A DNA stretch of 59,613 nucleotides, counting the filler, from Nemertoderma westbladi (lineage: Eukaryota; Animalia; Xenacoelomorpha): assembly GCA_032718475.1 (NCBI GenBank). It is 3 parts of 3 records of this genome, joined end to end, with 100 filler letters (N's around TTAATTAATTAA, not from the genome) between each part and the next. Parts side by side here need not be neighbours in the genome. Positions count along the whole stretch, not along the records: positions 1 to 20,725 come from JAUCBJ010004730.1; positions 20,826 to 49,929 come from JAUCBJ010004627.1; 1 more part is not named here. The stretch is one strand, 5' to 3'. The translations under genes were made by a program, and so were the position numbers. Of this stretch, positions 12,369 through 25,889 are shown piece by piece. The first letter of the stretch is position 1, and every line of letters begins with the position of its first letter. The notes beneath the pieces are model-generated. The model worked only from the letters and a program-made list of their open reading frames with translations. It made no database searches and was not told where the DNA came from.

Positions 12369-14152
12369 GGTACACCCTCCCCACCCAGAAAGGACGTTAG
12401 TACGGCATCAGCTGTTTGCAGCATTCTTTCCATCTGTCATGTACTAACTGCGTAGTGGTACAGCTGTTCTATGAGGTACCTCCTACGCAGGTTCTTAATG
12501 TCAGCTTCAGTGATACTTCTCCAATCTGGAACTAGCTTACACAAACCGGAACTTTCTAAAATACATTTTTAAAGACCAGTTCAGTTTCAAACTTTCCCAG
12601 AGACAACATCAAATGTATTAGAAACTTTTCGGTTTGGTAAGGAGTTATATTGGCGAAAACCACTATAACTGGCTTAGTACACAACTTGTTGACAAAAAGT
12701 TTGGTGCATTCACGATCACCGGTGACTAACGGGTGGAATATCTGGGTTAGCAGTTCAAAGGCAAGGGGAACCCCATTACTTACCTGAATTGTCAGGAATT
12801 CCACCGCTTTTTCTATGCCACACCAACGCAGTTGGACATGTCTACTGTATCCATTAATCCAAATACATTCACTCAATGTGTTATTCAAGTTGTAATCACC
12901 AGTGTAATTTGCTGTAATAAAACATTTTGTATAGATTTCTAGAGTATTGAATGGCATGAGTTCTGGGGGAAGGAGATTAAATGCAGTAAAGGTATCAGCG
13001 CAATAAGAGCTGGAAATGTAGTCTTGAATGAGAATAACTTGCGAGTTTGTGAACTGTCTGATAAGGGGTAGATGGACCCTTTTATTTACTGGCAGTATGG
13101 CGCCATCTGCATCTATTAACTTTTTTGCTTTGATACTTGGGAATAAATGGACTATACCGCTTCTGGTTTCTGGCGTTACGGTTTGGAGGTGAAGGAATGT
13201 CACACTGGTGGTAAAATAATCAAATTTTAAGGAATGAAAAATTAATTAATTCATTTGTACTGATAATACGACTTGTGTACCTCTTGCTACCTTTCATTGC
13301 CCATTTTTCCTCAGCTATTCTCGCCCCTGTAATTTTTTCGTTAACCTGAGAATGTTCCTCCCCCCCTAAATTCACCCGCCACTTTTGTTTCTTCGAGTAT
13401 ATGTTTCCGATGTTCCTCCTTGTCAGCGCCGTATTTCAGTAAATAGGCCTTCATAAAGCGCACAGCACATACATGAACATTAGTACAAGCACGCATTAGA
13501 ACAAAGATTCGAGGTATTGTTGGAACGAAGAATTCGTGTGCCATAGCAGCGTACTGATATGACCCAGCAACGAATTCATCGTTCACAACAATATTATTAT
13601 CGATATCCTTGAAGGCTAATCCTAAATCTAAGAGTGATTCCAGGAAAGTGTCAGAATAGAGGTTTTCTTTTGGGACAAATTTTGATTTTCCTGACTCCGG
13701 ATATTTAGTGAATCAGCAAATTGGTTATCCATTTTTATCAGTGCATTTTTTACACCAAGGCCCCGCGCTGTTGCAGTTATGTGTTTGTAAGTTTTGTAAG
13801 TGGTCCAAAAATTTATATTTATCCTGTACATCTCGTACTACCCCCTCTGTAATCAGATTGTCGATATCAGTCCCAAAACAGGCGTGAAACAAACTTTTCG
13901 ATTGCCAACAAATTCTGGAGAGGGATGTTTTGGTGTCCTCCTTATGCAGTGTGATGCCCATGTGTACGTGAGGTTTATTGCCAATGGCCTTCTGGTCCTG
14001 GAATTCCATTCTGGCCCACAAGCTTTCCACATGGCCGACGGGTTGCTCTTTGCTGAATTCCAGCCAAATTTAATACATAGTGTACAGTCCGCATCCGCCA
14101 TTTGTCCCCAGCCGCTTGGTGAATTCCCGACCAATCTCGGGAACCTCGATGA
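12369..14152 (-). pseudogene. Second copy of the Helitron-like Rep region
   Basis: Same EFQ/PHVH/YLLKY fragments as 7377-9160. Confidence 0.85.
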
Positions 14153-17100
14153 CCTTTGATGATTTGTACATTATTATTCGTATTTGTATACAAAGATGAA
14201 TAGGATATCAAATATTACCGATTATTATACAGTATATGTCCGATTTGTAAATAATTTTTCTCCTAATTGACATAGATTGATGTGCAGTTCTATTATATAT
14301 AATATTTTGAATTCCAGAACTTAGTTTTGATTGGTTGATTTGAGCAATACTGTTCTGATTAGCTAAAACAAAATGGTATTTGTTAGGCGTTTTGGGTGGT
14401 AGGTTTATCCGTTAAGTATAGTACTGGTACCAGTAGGCCTACCAGTATTAAACCTTTGATATCTGAGGCATATCAGGGCATTGTATGTACTTATTAATAT
14501 AAGAAAGCAATGTCTAGTGATGGTCCAGATAATGTTCTTCGGAATTTTGTAAAAATAATGGAAAGTCAATCCTGATTATAAAAAGTGCAAGTCAATCAAC
14601 AGCTTGGTTTAGTTGTAATGTTGTAATGTTATATATATACCTAAAACTAAAAGAGATTTAAAACACTGATAGATAATAAATAATTGATAATATAAAAAGG
14701 AAAGTACATATATAGTATTTACATAGAATACTACTATAAAAAAAGGAAAGTAAATTAAACTGATCAAGTAAAAACTTATCTAATGTGGACTCAGACTGCT
14801 TAGTGTCACCATGTCTTTAAATGGTACTAAAATTCTCATGCCCCATATCACATCTAGTAGCCAGTATTTGTCTTACAAATATAATTATTATAGTTATTAC
14901 TGGTATTTACTGGGATATGGCTTCTTCAATTGCTATATAACTTTACAGTTTATAAAAGTAGAGTCCAGATATGATATAGTTTATTTTTTTTTATTTTAGA
15001 GTAAAAGAAAGGGAATAATTACTGGAAGAGTTCATTCCAGAATAGTTAGTCTAGATAAGTCCATAACTATATGCAATAATACTGCACAATCCGACTCTGT
15101 TCTAACCACCCTATTTCCCCCTAAACAAACTACAAAAATTGCACCTAGTAGTATTAAGTACCCCGGCAGATCCTGTCGCACAGAGGTCGGTAACACTGGT
15201 CGAATCCGGATCCGATCCGGTCGTGATCAGAACCCAGTCCAATTATTACAAGTACTCAAGCCATGAAACTGTTTTCTGCATATCGCACACCTATTGGCAT
15301 TTCGGGACTGTTTATTACAGTATTAGGCCATGTCACAACATATCCAGGAGGTAGTGATAAGTTCAGAGTCCTCAATAGAGTTTCCTAAATAGAGGGAATA
15401 TTGAAAGATATAACATATTTTAACTTTTGCACCTTGAGGCAATCATTTGTTGTAAAAAAAGGTGTACCTATAAAAAACGACCAGCTATTGTCCCCTTTGG
15501 GAACACTATATGGGAACGTATTTCTGCTGCAAAGTAATATAGTAAAATTGAACCAAATACTGTTTGACTATTGATGTAGGTAGGACGAATGCAATATAGT
15601 ATATATATAGTAATATATATAGTATAGCTGAAATAAACCTTATTATGCTATTTTTTGTCCCATTCGGGAACAATTTATGGTGTATAGGCTCTGCTCAGGA
15701 CGCGAGAATATGTCTAATTGAGCACAGTAGGGCGTGTTGGCTGGCCTCAGGATGCGAGAAAAGATCTAATGGAGCACAGGAGGGTATGTTGGACCGGCTC
15801 TGGATGCTAGAATAGATCTAATGGAGCGCAGTAGGGCGAGTTGGCTGGGCTCAGGACGCGAGAATATATCTAATGGAGCGCAGGAGGGTGTGTTGGCTGG
15901 GCTCAGGACGCGAGAATATATCTAATGGAGCGCAGTAGGGCGTGTTGGATTTCTCTTATATAAATGGGATAGGCCCATTTCTGTAGGCCTATTCAATTTC
16001 AAGTACTGGTAGAAATGTTTTAACAGTATTATTTTATGAAGGTCCAATAAATAAAATCAAAAAAGATTCGACCATCTACTTACGGTACCAACTGACCAAG
16101 TTATATATACCATATACCATTGAAGATCACTGACTGGCTGATACTGATTTCTGTCCATTGCCCCTTACTGCCATAGTTAGATACAGTACTGTTTATTGAC
16201 TGTCTATAAGGCTCTGCCAGAATGAGTGATTACATCAGTATTCTCATTGTACTGCTGTACTGACTGATTGATATGTGAATGAAATTCAAATTTGAGGCTT
16301 ATTTTTTTTACCCTACCCCCTAATTTTTTTTGGTAGCTAAAAAAAATAAGTTGAAAATGTAATTTGCCTAACTTAAAATTTGTTCGCGCTTTCAGACCTT
16401 TAGCAGTTTAACCTGCCAAATTTAGATGTCTTCTAGATTATAAATCGACTTTAGCCTATGACGAGTATTTAATACACTACATTAGCCGAAGCCAGTCTAT
16501 GCGCGACCATTCACCCGCTGGATATACCTGGGAGACTGGATTCGGAAGCTTTGACCTTATTGCGGTGTAGGCCTACTGTATTATTCGACTGATCGTTAAT
16601 ATATAATTTCTGACAAATATTATTCACTTTCGGGAAATATTAACAGTTCCTTTAGGACGTGGCGCTCTAAATATGTAAACAGAGTTATGACTTACACTAG
16701 ACACAACGGGATGGCTATGGATTCACGTATAAAGCGCATTCTTTAGGAGATGCTTTGTTATCAGTCACAATCATGCACACTACCGCACAATGCTGCACAC
16801 CGATCTGCCGACCTTCACTAATTTTAGTCACATATAAAGAGAACAGCAACCGACACCTGTAGTGCCTATGAAATAACATTAGATTCACTCCAAAACCACT
16901 TTAATGTAAGTCGCAATTGTTATATGTAACCGGTCTCTTACCTTCAGTATATCAAGAAGATTGGGGGTTTTATGATTATTTATCGATATTATCCAAATAT
17001 AATAATATTCCATCAACTGATATAATTAATAACCGACAGTAAATAGCAGTAAAAATGCGGTGTTTGTAGGTGACAATATGATTTGTGTTGAGTTGGTATG

Positions 17101-17679
17101 GTTTGATAACAGTTATACGTTTCTATGACCAAAGCCTACTAATGTTTGGCTAAAGCCTGAAACACAGAAATTCCAAAGCCGGTCTTCTGGCTGTGGACAA
17201 AAAACACATACTGACTGAATTGCATGAGTTTCTGTATACAATCTCCAACACAGAGTCAAAAAACGCTCTGATTGGTCGACCGAACAAAGAACGAACAAAG
17301 AACAAAGAAAAAGTTACACGTGTACATATCAGCTGTTAGATGTCGTCATGGTAACTACACTGTACCAAGAGGATTTTGGCTTATTGCGACATAAGATCGC
17401 TAGTTATGTCCGCTAAAGTACACATACAGAAGAAATGGCTTTTTATGTCCACTAAAACACCGGTACAGTAAGGAAACGGCTTTTTATGTCCGTTAAAACA
17501 CCTACAGAGTACTTTGCGGGGAAAATAACTAGCTAGATCCGCAAAAGCCTTTATACCGCACCCAGAAAATGGGATTTAATTCTATAAAATATAAAAAATC
17601 ACAGTTTCTAAAATATAAAAATACTCTATACAGTCAGTTTTTCTTGCGCGGACGGCATTTACGCAGTTTTTTGAGGCTA

Positions 17680-19175
17680 GCAAGAGTCCTTTCTCTTTGG
17701 GGCGAGTCACTTTACTAGGAGGGCTATAACCCTTGGGTGAAGGGTGCAATACAATTGCATCAGAAGGTTTAGGGTTATGGTCGGTGTATCCGCCAGTCGA
17801 GGTACCCGGTTGATCGGTATCAACCTCAGTGGAACGAGGTTGAACAACCTTGAGAGCGCGTTTTGAGACAGCTGCTCTTACTGGTCCCTGACGGGTCGTC
17901 TGAACGATAGCGGTAGGTGGACCGTGTATAGTGAGAAATTTCCTCGGTTTGATGATTCTTTCCAACTCGCGTTCTCGGGCTCTATCGGAATCGATATGCT
18001 TCTCCTCGAGCTGATTTTCCTCCGCTTGTCGTTGAAAACATTTGTCCAAACTCTTGCAGAAAGTAGAGCCGTCCAAGTTCGATATCTTCTTAGAGATTCT
18101 GGATTTCCTGATCGAACTGAGATAAAGCTAATTCGTTTACCGCTTGGACTTGTTGCTGCAATTTACGTTTCTCTAAACAATTGTAGGTTCCTTTTCCGAT
18201 CTTTTGAAGAATAGTGTCCAACACGTTTCGTACAACTCTCTCCTCCGCCTTGGTGACAGGTTGTATCGGGTTAAACCGGGACGATGATACGGTTGAATGA
18301 CGATATTAGATGTCCGCGTCCCAATCCGGCTAGATAAGATGGGCGAATATTTAGGGAGCCCACAACCGGAGTGCCACCGACTAATTGTTCGGGTAACACT
18401 AGATCTTTGAACAGTGAGTACAGTTCGGGAGGATCCGTGATACTATTAGGATCAAGAGTCTGAAGTCTAACTAGGGAATGAGGAGGTCTGACCGAGTATT
18501 CCGGAACTCTGATCATAGGTTTATTTAAGGATCGTTTGAGTCGAGCGAGCGTCGGTGATACATCGAACAAGTTTCATTCGAAACTCCCGTAAATATAACG
18601 AGTAAAACCGTGTTTAAAGCAATGTCTCCGCGGATGTTTATGTCTTTCCGTTTGTTGGTTGGGTCTTGGGCATTCATCGCAATAATACCAAAGACGCACG
18701 TCTTGTAGGGGAAACGCGGGTGATATTTATTCGGTTTTACAACGTTTCTCTCAAGAATCCCAAATATACGTTGGAATTACTGCATTTATCCGGTTCTTTA
18801 ACGTCTTCTCTTTCGAGTCGATTTTGAATAGAGTTTATCAGTCAGTTTATCGTTCCGACTCCGCTGGGTAGGATATTTAAATAGTACCATTTCCCTTTCG
18901 GTGTCGACATCGTCCGTATTGTGTAAATCGATAAGATGACCAATAGTTAAGAAGTCCATATACGTACCATTACGATGCGTATAGCGAGCAGTGAATTTTC
19001 GATAGTCCAATTCACGCGTAAGTTGCTCCTGGGACATCGGCGGTTCGATATAACGACCATCGTCCTTCGTAGTAGTTGGACTAGCGTCGCTGCGTATCAA
19101 GCTATCAACAAACGCTTGTAAAGGTAGAGTATATCGCTCCCTGATACCAAGATCATCTTCTATCAACTCAGTCAT
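17680..19175 (-). pseudogene. Decayed ORF of unknown family (~500 codons)
   Basis: ORF pieces 18798-19175, 18271-18570 and 17582-18076 are collinear; the linking frame reads WYYCDEC..HKHPRRHCFKH with in-frame stops. Confidence 0.45.
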
Positions 19176-19699
19176 ATCTGTTATATGAGTTTATTAATAT
19201 TATAATGAGTTTATAATTAGGCTAGCGGGCGTCGCTGCCTACCCCTCTCGGCCCCCGGACAGCGCAAGATCCTCAGCGCTGGTGTACTTTCGCCGATGTG
19301 CCTATCGCCAACGTCGTAGCTGCACAACGACCACAACAACCAGCGCGAGTCACTCCACCGTCCGTCCCAAAGGCTTAGATTTACTTCAGGTTCTTACTGG
19401 AGAGTTAGGGCTACTTTCACAATTGCGACTCGCTACTGTAAACACACTTTAGTAGTAACATTCACCTATAAACGCACAAATTCCACACAACTGTCACAAA
19501 CCGTACACATTCGGGCCATTTGTCCGTTAGTCAGTGCCTTCCAGAATGCCACGTTATTATTGGGTATCCTGGGATACTAGCAGTGTGCTATTTTATTCCT
19601 TATGCTATTCAATGGGGCAAGCCTTTATTGTTCTTTTAACTCACTTCTAATTCTAGCGTGGTTGTTGCCATGGTGTTGCCATCGCCTTGTTTTTTTTGG

Positions 19700-20400
19700 C
19701 GGGTGCCAAATTTTGGTGCCAGCACCAAATTTTGAAATATGTCAATTTTGTAAATTGATTGTTTGAAACTTGTTTTTTGCGCAATTGGGGTTTTTTGGGG
19801 TTCTGGTTTCGATGAAATATATACGAGTTGCACTAAGCGTATCAAACTTGTATTTTTCGGTGCTGTGTGCAAATTTTGGTGCTAGCACGAAATTTTGAAA
19901 ATCCATTTAATAGATAAAATTGCTTGTAACAATTTATTTCTTGCGTTATAGAGGTTTATGGGTGTTCTGAATTCAATGGAATATATAATTATCGAACTAG
20001 ACATATCAAACTTGTATTTTTCGGAAGTGGGTGCAAAATATGGTGCTAGCACCAATATTTGAAATCCATCAAATATATCAATTGATTGTGTCACCTTGTT
20101 TCTTGCATTATACGGGTATGTGAGGGTTCTGAATTCAATGAAATCAGTAAAAATTTCATAAGAGTTTTCAAACTTGTATTTTTCGCCGGTGGTGGGTGAA
20201 AATTGTTGTGCCAGCACCAAATTTTGGAAAATAAACAAATTGATCAGAAGATATGATTATCTTGTTTCTTGCGTTATACGGGTTTATGAGCGTCCTGAAT
20301 CCGATGGAATCAATAAAAACAGCACTGGACATCGCAAACTTGTACTTTTTCGTGATGGGTACGAAATTTGGTGCTAGCACCAAAATTTGCCAAATTACGC
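19700..20400. repeat. ~164-bp diverged tandem array, about 5 copies, with a palindromic core
   Basis: aaattttggtgctagcaccaaaattt-like palindromes at ~19708, 19871, 20036, 20199 and 20363. Confidence 0.8.
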
Positions 20401-20725
20401 CGAATAATACAACTTGCAATGATCTGGCATATTAGAAATGTATTCCATTAGAATCAGAATAGAAAACCTGAAAATGTGACTTTATAGTATCGTATAAGTG
20501 AATTAAAAATTTTGTGTTCAAACTGAAAAGTGCTGGTTACTTGTTTTTTTTCATTTTTTTCCTACGCAGAGAGGACTAAACCGCCATTTATAGTAACCAT
20601 TACATTTTTAAATATTTTCCAATCTATTTTGCGCCCCAGAAAACCTGTATTGAAAAACAATTGGCCGAAAAGTGTAACTTTCAAATTTTGTGAAAATTGT
20701 GCACTACTTGTAATTTTGGTGCTGC

Positions 20726-20825
20726 NNNNNNNNNNNNNNNNNNNNNNNNNNNNNNNNNNNNNNNNNNNNTTAATTAATTAANNNNNNNNNNNNNNNNNNN
20801 NNNNNNNNNNNNNNNNNNNNNNNNN
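20726..20825. other. Artificial contig spacer
   Basis: N run, TTAATTAATTAA (stops in all six frames), N run; 100 bp total. Confidence 0.95.
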
Positions 20826-20996
20826 AATTTTGTAATTAGTATTCTCTATATATAAGGTTGAAATATTATACGTGTCGCATTATTTATTTGATAATTATTA
20901 ACTAAATTTATTTTTCATTAACAATACTGCTATGATAGACCTCCTGTTTCACCTTATAATAATTACTGATTCTTTATGGTTGGTTATGTTTATTAG

Positions 20997-21169
20997 ACGC
21001 GAGTTTACTTTACGTCAAGTACGAAGCCACAATTACAGAGAATTCTGGGCCAACCACCATTCGAAACATTTACTGTTAATGGAAAGTTGGACAATCGCAT
21101 CATCTGGGCTGTGGACGGCAGATGTTGCACTGAGGAACAAAGTGGACATTCGCTACTCTTTGGAACAGG
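20997..21169 (+). CDS. Cadherin-repeat gene, exon A (apparent frameshifts)
   Basis: YEATITENS..., IWAVD/ADVALRNKVDIRYSLEQG in shifting frames; ends at G|GTAAG (phase 1); close to the contig end. Confidence 0.6.
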
Positions 21170-21569
21170 GTAAGTAGCACATTTAATTATTTATTCATAT
21201 GCGAAATATATACTTTTGGCTGAGTATTTTAACTCTTCCACTGACATTGTTATTATCATTTTTCGTTGAGCTGAGTTTAATTAGAAAGCCAGCAAGCTGG
21301 CTTTAAACGAACCTGCACCTCAAACCAGTACCCTGAGTGAGTGAAAATGAAAACACGAAAATTGCCATCAATTCAACGATTTATTGAAATCTTCTTCTAT
21401 ATAAATAATATCCATCTTGATACAACAATCATCAAATAATACCACAACCCCCATATTGTCTATAATCAACCAATTAATAAATAATGCTCACATTGAAAAG
21501 GAATCTATACATTATATGAATGAGCTGTTAGTTTATATATCCTGGTCGCTTTTATTACCGTTTTCACAG

Positions 21570-21721
21570 GTGTTTTCGATGAAAATAGAATAACAACCGA
21601 ACAGATAAATGAATATTTTAACATAAAGGACATATCTACCACAGAAAATCGTGGAATTCAGCTGGAAGTGAAAAAGTCAATAGACAGGGAATCATTCCAG
21701 AATATGGTATTTTACGTAAAG
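21570..21721 (+). CDS. Cadherin-repeat gene, exon B
   Basis: ttttcacag acceptor; phase 1 to phase 0; ...YFNIKD...VKKSIDRES...FYVK (LDRE-type motif); GT donor. Confidence 0.8.
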
Positions 21722-21799
21722 GTTCGATTAAAATAAATTATATTATAACGTTTCTCTGTTGAGGTAGACAAATAATAATAGGATACAATGTGTTGTAAT

Positions 21800-23320
21800 C
21801 TGTGGGGCGAGACACGTAGTCGGCGAGCCTTGGCATACGGTTCATATAGGGCAAATGGGGCATGTCCGTCTGTCTGTCTGTCCGTCTGTCTGGTAAATCT
21901 TTGAACGCGAATTTCTCGGCATCGCTGATTCGAAATTGAACCAAACTTAGTAGGTAAGTAGTAGAGGGAAAGTTTAGAAAATTTGTAAAGTTTGGTGAAA
22001 AATCATGCAGTCTGACGTCAGCTACGGCAGATTATGTGGTTTTTAGAAAATGTTAAATTTCTCGGGAACGCCTCATTTTCCAGAGCTGAAATTTTGGTTG
22101 CTTGTAGAGAATCATAAAGTCTATCTTCTACGAAATTGAAAAGTTAAGACATTTAATTGGGGATCGGCTAGAGACTCCGAAGTAATGACATAGGCCTACC
22201 GGTACGGTACTGCTGTACTGTACAAGTACGAAATTGCAGAATAATAATTTGACACCACCTAGCGGATTAATATATAATTGTATATCGATCGAATACATTT
22301 TATAGCATGGGGTATAGGGTCCGAGCCACGAAGTTGGCGGAGCCTTTGCGAACTGACGCTATCTCTTAGGGGGGTAGGTCAATTATGGCAAATAGTTCAT
22401 TCAATAATGGTACTGTATGTCATCATCGTCGCTACGATTTTGACTTACTTATAACTTCGTCGGATTTAAAGCTTTCGAGTCTAAAATTAGTAGGCATCAA
22501 TAAGACCATAAGTTTTGTTTTTTAGGGACTTCCAGACACCATCAAATCCTCAGTCTCTCGCTAGAGGGCTACATGTCTAGATATTAAATATCCTCACATT
22601 TTCTTTGCTTTAAACCCGTTCTAGCTGAAACTTGGCATATTTGTACTAGACCATTAACTGTGTCATTCAAAGTAGGCTCATCTGTCTGCAGTTCTCTAGT
22701 CTGCCGCTAGAGGGCAAAATATCTCAAAGTGCAATCACTGATTTAGCTGAAACGTCAGATATGTGCTAGAACACGTCCGGTGTGTTTGCCGGGCTAGGAA
22801 TCAGTCCGACCAGTTCCACCTCACCACTATTCCAGCAAGGTGTAATTCTATAGGACATGCAATAGTGTTAGGCCCTAGAGTAATAAGACAGCTTGCTTAT
22901 TGTTTATCTCGCAAAATGATTGGCTGAGTATTTAATGGAGATTCTTTAGAATAAATATAGCTAAATAATTTTGTTGTGACATCGACATGGTAAATTAATA
23001 TTTCAGTATCAATACTAAAACGTCATAAGGTAAGTTATAATATTTCTTATAAATTGGGTCGCCTCCACGCCTAAAATATATTACTTTTAAAACACAAATT
23101 TTCTGTTAATACCTGCCTGTGAACAATCCTCTGTGTACCTTTGGGTTGGGGTGCAGATTAAGGGGGGGGGGGGGGGGGGTGGGGGTGAAAGCGAGCAACT
23201 TTCCCCTCTTATGATTTATTTGTGGTGTGGTTAATTTCTTAAATACAGATTTTGTGTTAGAATTGCTCAATTTTAATTTGTATCTCATAACTGAGCCTCG
23301 TGCTGCGCGAAGGCCCCACG
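21800..23320 (+). mobile_element. HINE/Helentron-like non-autonomous repeat(s)
   Basis: 5' tgtggggcgag.. hairpin region, (GTCY)n at 21864-21890, repeated cgctagagggc units, 3' gtgctgcgcgaaggccccac; an inverted relative lies at 25890-27155. Confidence 0.55.
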
Positions 23321-24268
23321 AACGTGTAATAACTGCATATAGTTAGTTGTTAACAAATTTATTTATATTGTGCGCACAATCGATGGCTTATACAATGTTT
23401 GACAGTAAAAAAAGAAGCACTCGAAATGCCAACTTTATCCTGTTGTGTGTAATGCCGTGTACGCCGCTCGTATTTCAGATATATGAATGTGGAATTAACC
23501 CAACCCTCGGCCTCTATTTTTAGGTTCCAGACATAAGTTATATAATTATGAAAGGTTGAAACAAATATGGATCAAAATTATTTGTAGATTACAAACTGCA
23601 TCAATCTGGTAAATCAGCTTGGACCTTGGCAGTTGGATAGCTTCAGAGAGCAGGTTCAATTGATTGAATGTTTGAACGTCAGCAGACGTTCAGCTATCAT
23701 CTGCTTAGTGATGATTTCTGTCTTGTTGTTGAATAGGCCTACTGGAATTTCCAGGCCTTCATGTTACCCTTTACATTATCTTTGGAAGTTAAGTGCGACG
23801 GGAATCGGACATTATCCGGGTCTCTACGTTTCTTCCTTTTTGGTCCACAATGTGCTGATTTTATTTAGCTTATTACTCTCTATAACCTTTCATTTCTCTA
23901 ACATCACATCACTTTAAAGCGTCAAATTTATTTACTACAGTACCTAATGGTATACTTTCCTTTTCTGTACTAACTTCCTAAAAGTGACAGTTTTATTTCT
24001 GTTTTGGTAGGTACAGTATTTCTGTCTTAGTTGGCGAAGGCCTAGAATTACTTTTTAGTCCTCTATGAAAGGTGAAGGCCATTTCATCTTAAAATATTAC
24101 TCTTCCTAAGTAGCTCCCCCCCCCCCCCCCCTCCTCCCCCTTTTGATATGACTAAGGCCAAACTTATTACTCCTTCACTCTGTGCACTGTGCGACAATAA
24201 ATTCCACATACCTTGCGGCTCTCATTTAACTTTTAATGAAATTAATTAAAAAAAAACTACGATATGTA

Positions 24269-25064
24269 GGGATAGGCGCTAGTTATAAAACCGGAAAATA
24301 AATAACAATACGAAATTATTAACGAAAGTATCGAAATTATAAAACTTAAAATACAATTTCAATTTCGAGTGAGATCGGTATTATTAGAAGACACACTTTA
24401 TATTTTTGAATTAATGAAATCCGATAATTTCGCCCCATTTTCGACACTAAAAGTAATTTAATACCAAATACGGTCTCCGCTGATTGGTTGTTAGGGGTAA
24501 TCCAATAATGGCAAAACACCACAAGATGGCGCTCAAATCTGTACAACACAGTCAGAGTGTAGGCCTACTGCAGTAACTGCATTGCGACTGCAGTACTGTA
24601 GTTACGTTTACGTTAACCTGTTCACACCCGTCGCGTCGTTCCAATTGCCTGCCATGCCAATCAATGTACAGTGTGCACCTGTAACGCGGGGGTACCATAC
24701 GCCGTGATGCGTATGCAGTGTTTGGTCAGGGTACCGGCTGACCGGACTGGTTCCTTTAACTTTACCTCTTCAGGCTGTACCGTGCTTACACCAGAACACT
24801 GATGTGCTGATGCTGAATTGATTCATCCAAGCCGCCATTGGTCAACACCTAACAACCAACCAACAGGCAGTATTTGGTATTAAATTACTTTTAAGGTCGA
24901 AAATGGGGCGAAATTATCGGATTTTATTACTTAAAAAATGTAAAGTTTGCCTTCTAATTATACTCATCTTATTGGAAAGCGATATTTTGTAGATTGTTTG
25001 ATAATTTCGATATTTTCGTTGATAATTTCGACTTTTTCGTTATTTTCGGGTTTTATAACTATCC
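24269..25064. mobile_element. Foldback MITE with long TIRs (Mutator-like)
   Basis: ~190-bp imperfect inverted repeats (24280-24470 vs 24869-25064); flanking direct repeat GATATGTA at 24261-24268 and 25065-25072. Confidence 0.75.
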
Positions 25065-25889
25065 GATATGTACTGCATTTTTTGTTCTATCCTGATATTT
25101 CCTCACAAATGTACCAGCTAAAAAAATATGTATCATTAAAATTAGAACATTTATTACCACCATATGGTGTAAGGAACTGGTATGCAGATTGTAGCATATT
25201 ATACATATATTTTATTATTTATTTATGCACCGAATATATAATATTTACTTATTTAATGGCCATAACAGTCCGAAAAAGATAATTAATATACTGTAGAACA
25301 GCTGTATAAGAAAATACCAAATATAGTGATTTGGTATTGTATTTGTATTAATTTAAAATTTACAATTCGTAGCATATCTAAAAGTTTGAGTTATCAAATA
25401 AAATATATAGTAAAAATAATAAAATTAATTCGTTTTTCGCGCTTTTAAGACTTCGATAATTTTCATCCAACAATTTTAATCATCACAGAAATCTTATGTA
25501 GGTTTGCCATAGAGTTAATGGTATCTTTTCTTTGTGGTAATGTGGCCGCGTATTGGGCTTACGTTACGTAATCCTCGCTATATAATTCCTAACAACTATG
25601 TCAACATTGTAGTCCTTGAGTACAAGATAGTATTAACAGTCCTGTTTCAGATGTTGTGTTCCAGATATCAAACAGGTCTACTGTATGTCTTAAGGTAGTT
25701 ACTGTACAACAAATTACTAACAAAACTCATAGTTGCGAATACTTTAGGGGCATGGTATGTTAAATCGGGCTGAAATACACTTTGGTGCCTGAATTGCTGA
25801 CTTGAGACAACTTTGTTCATGAATAAGGAGTTGGTAGGCTGACATACATTGGTGCTAAGAAATATGTAACATGCATACTCATACACGAA

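Larger units (their letters stand above)
7377..16380. repeat. Direct segmental duplication: copy 1 at 7377-11837, copy 2 at 12369-16380
   Basis: Identical ORF translations at an offset of 4992; copy 2 lacks the MITE at 10359-10808. Confidence 0.95.

Noticed and set aside
20726-20825. TTAATTAATTAA palindrome between N runs (also at 49930-50029)
   Set aside because: Assembly linker with stops in all six frames; not biological
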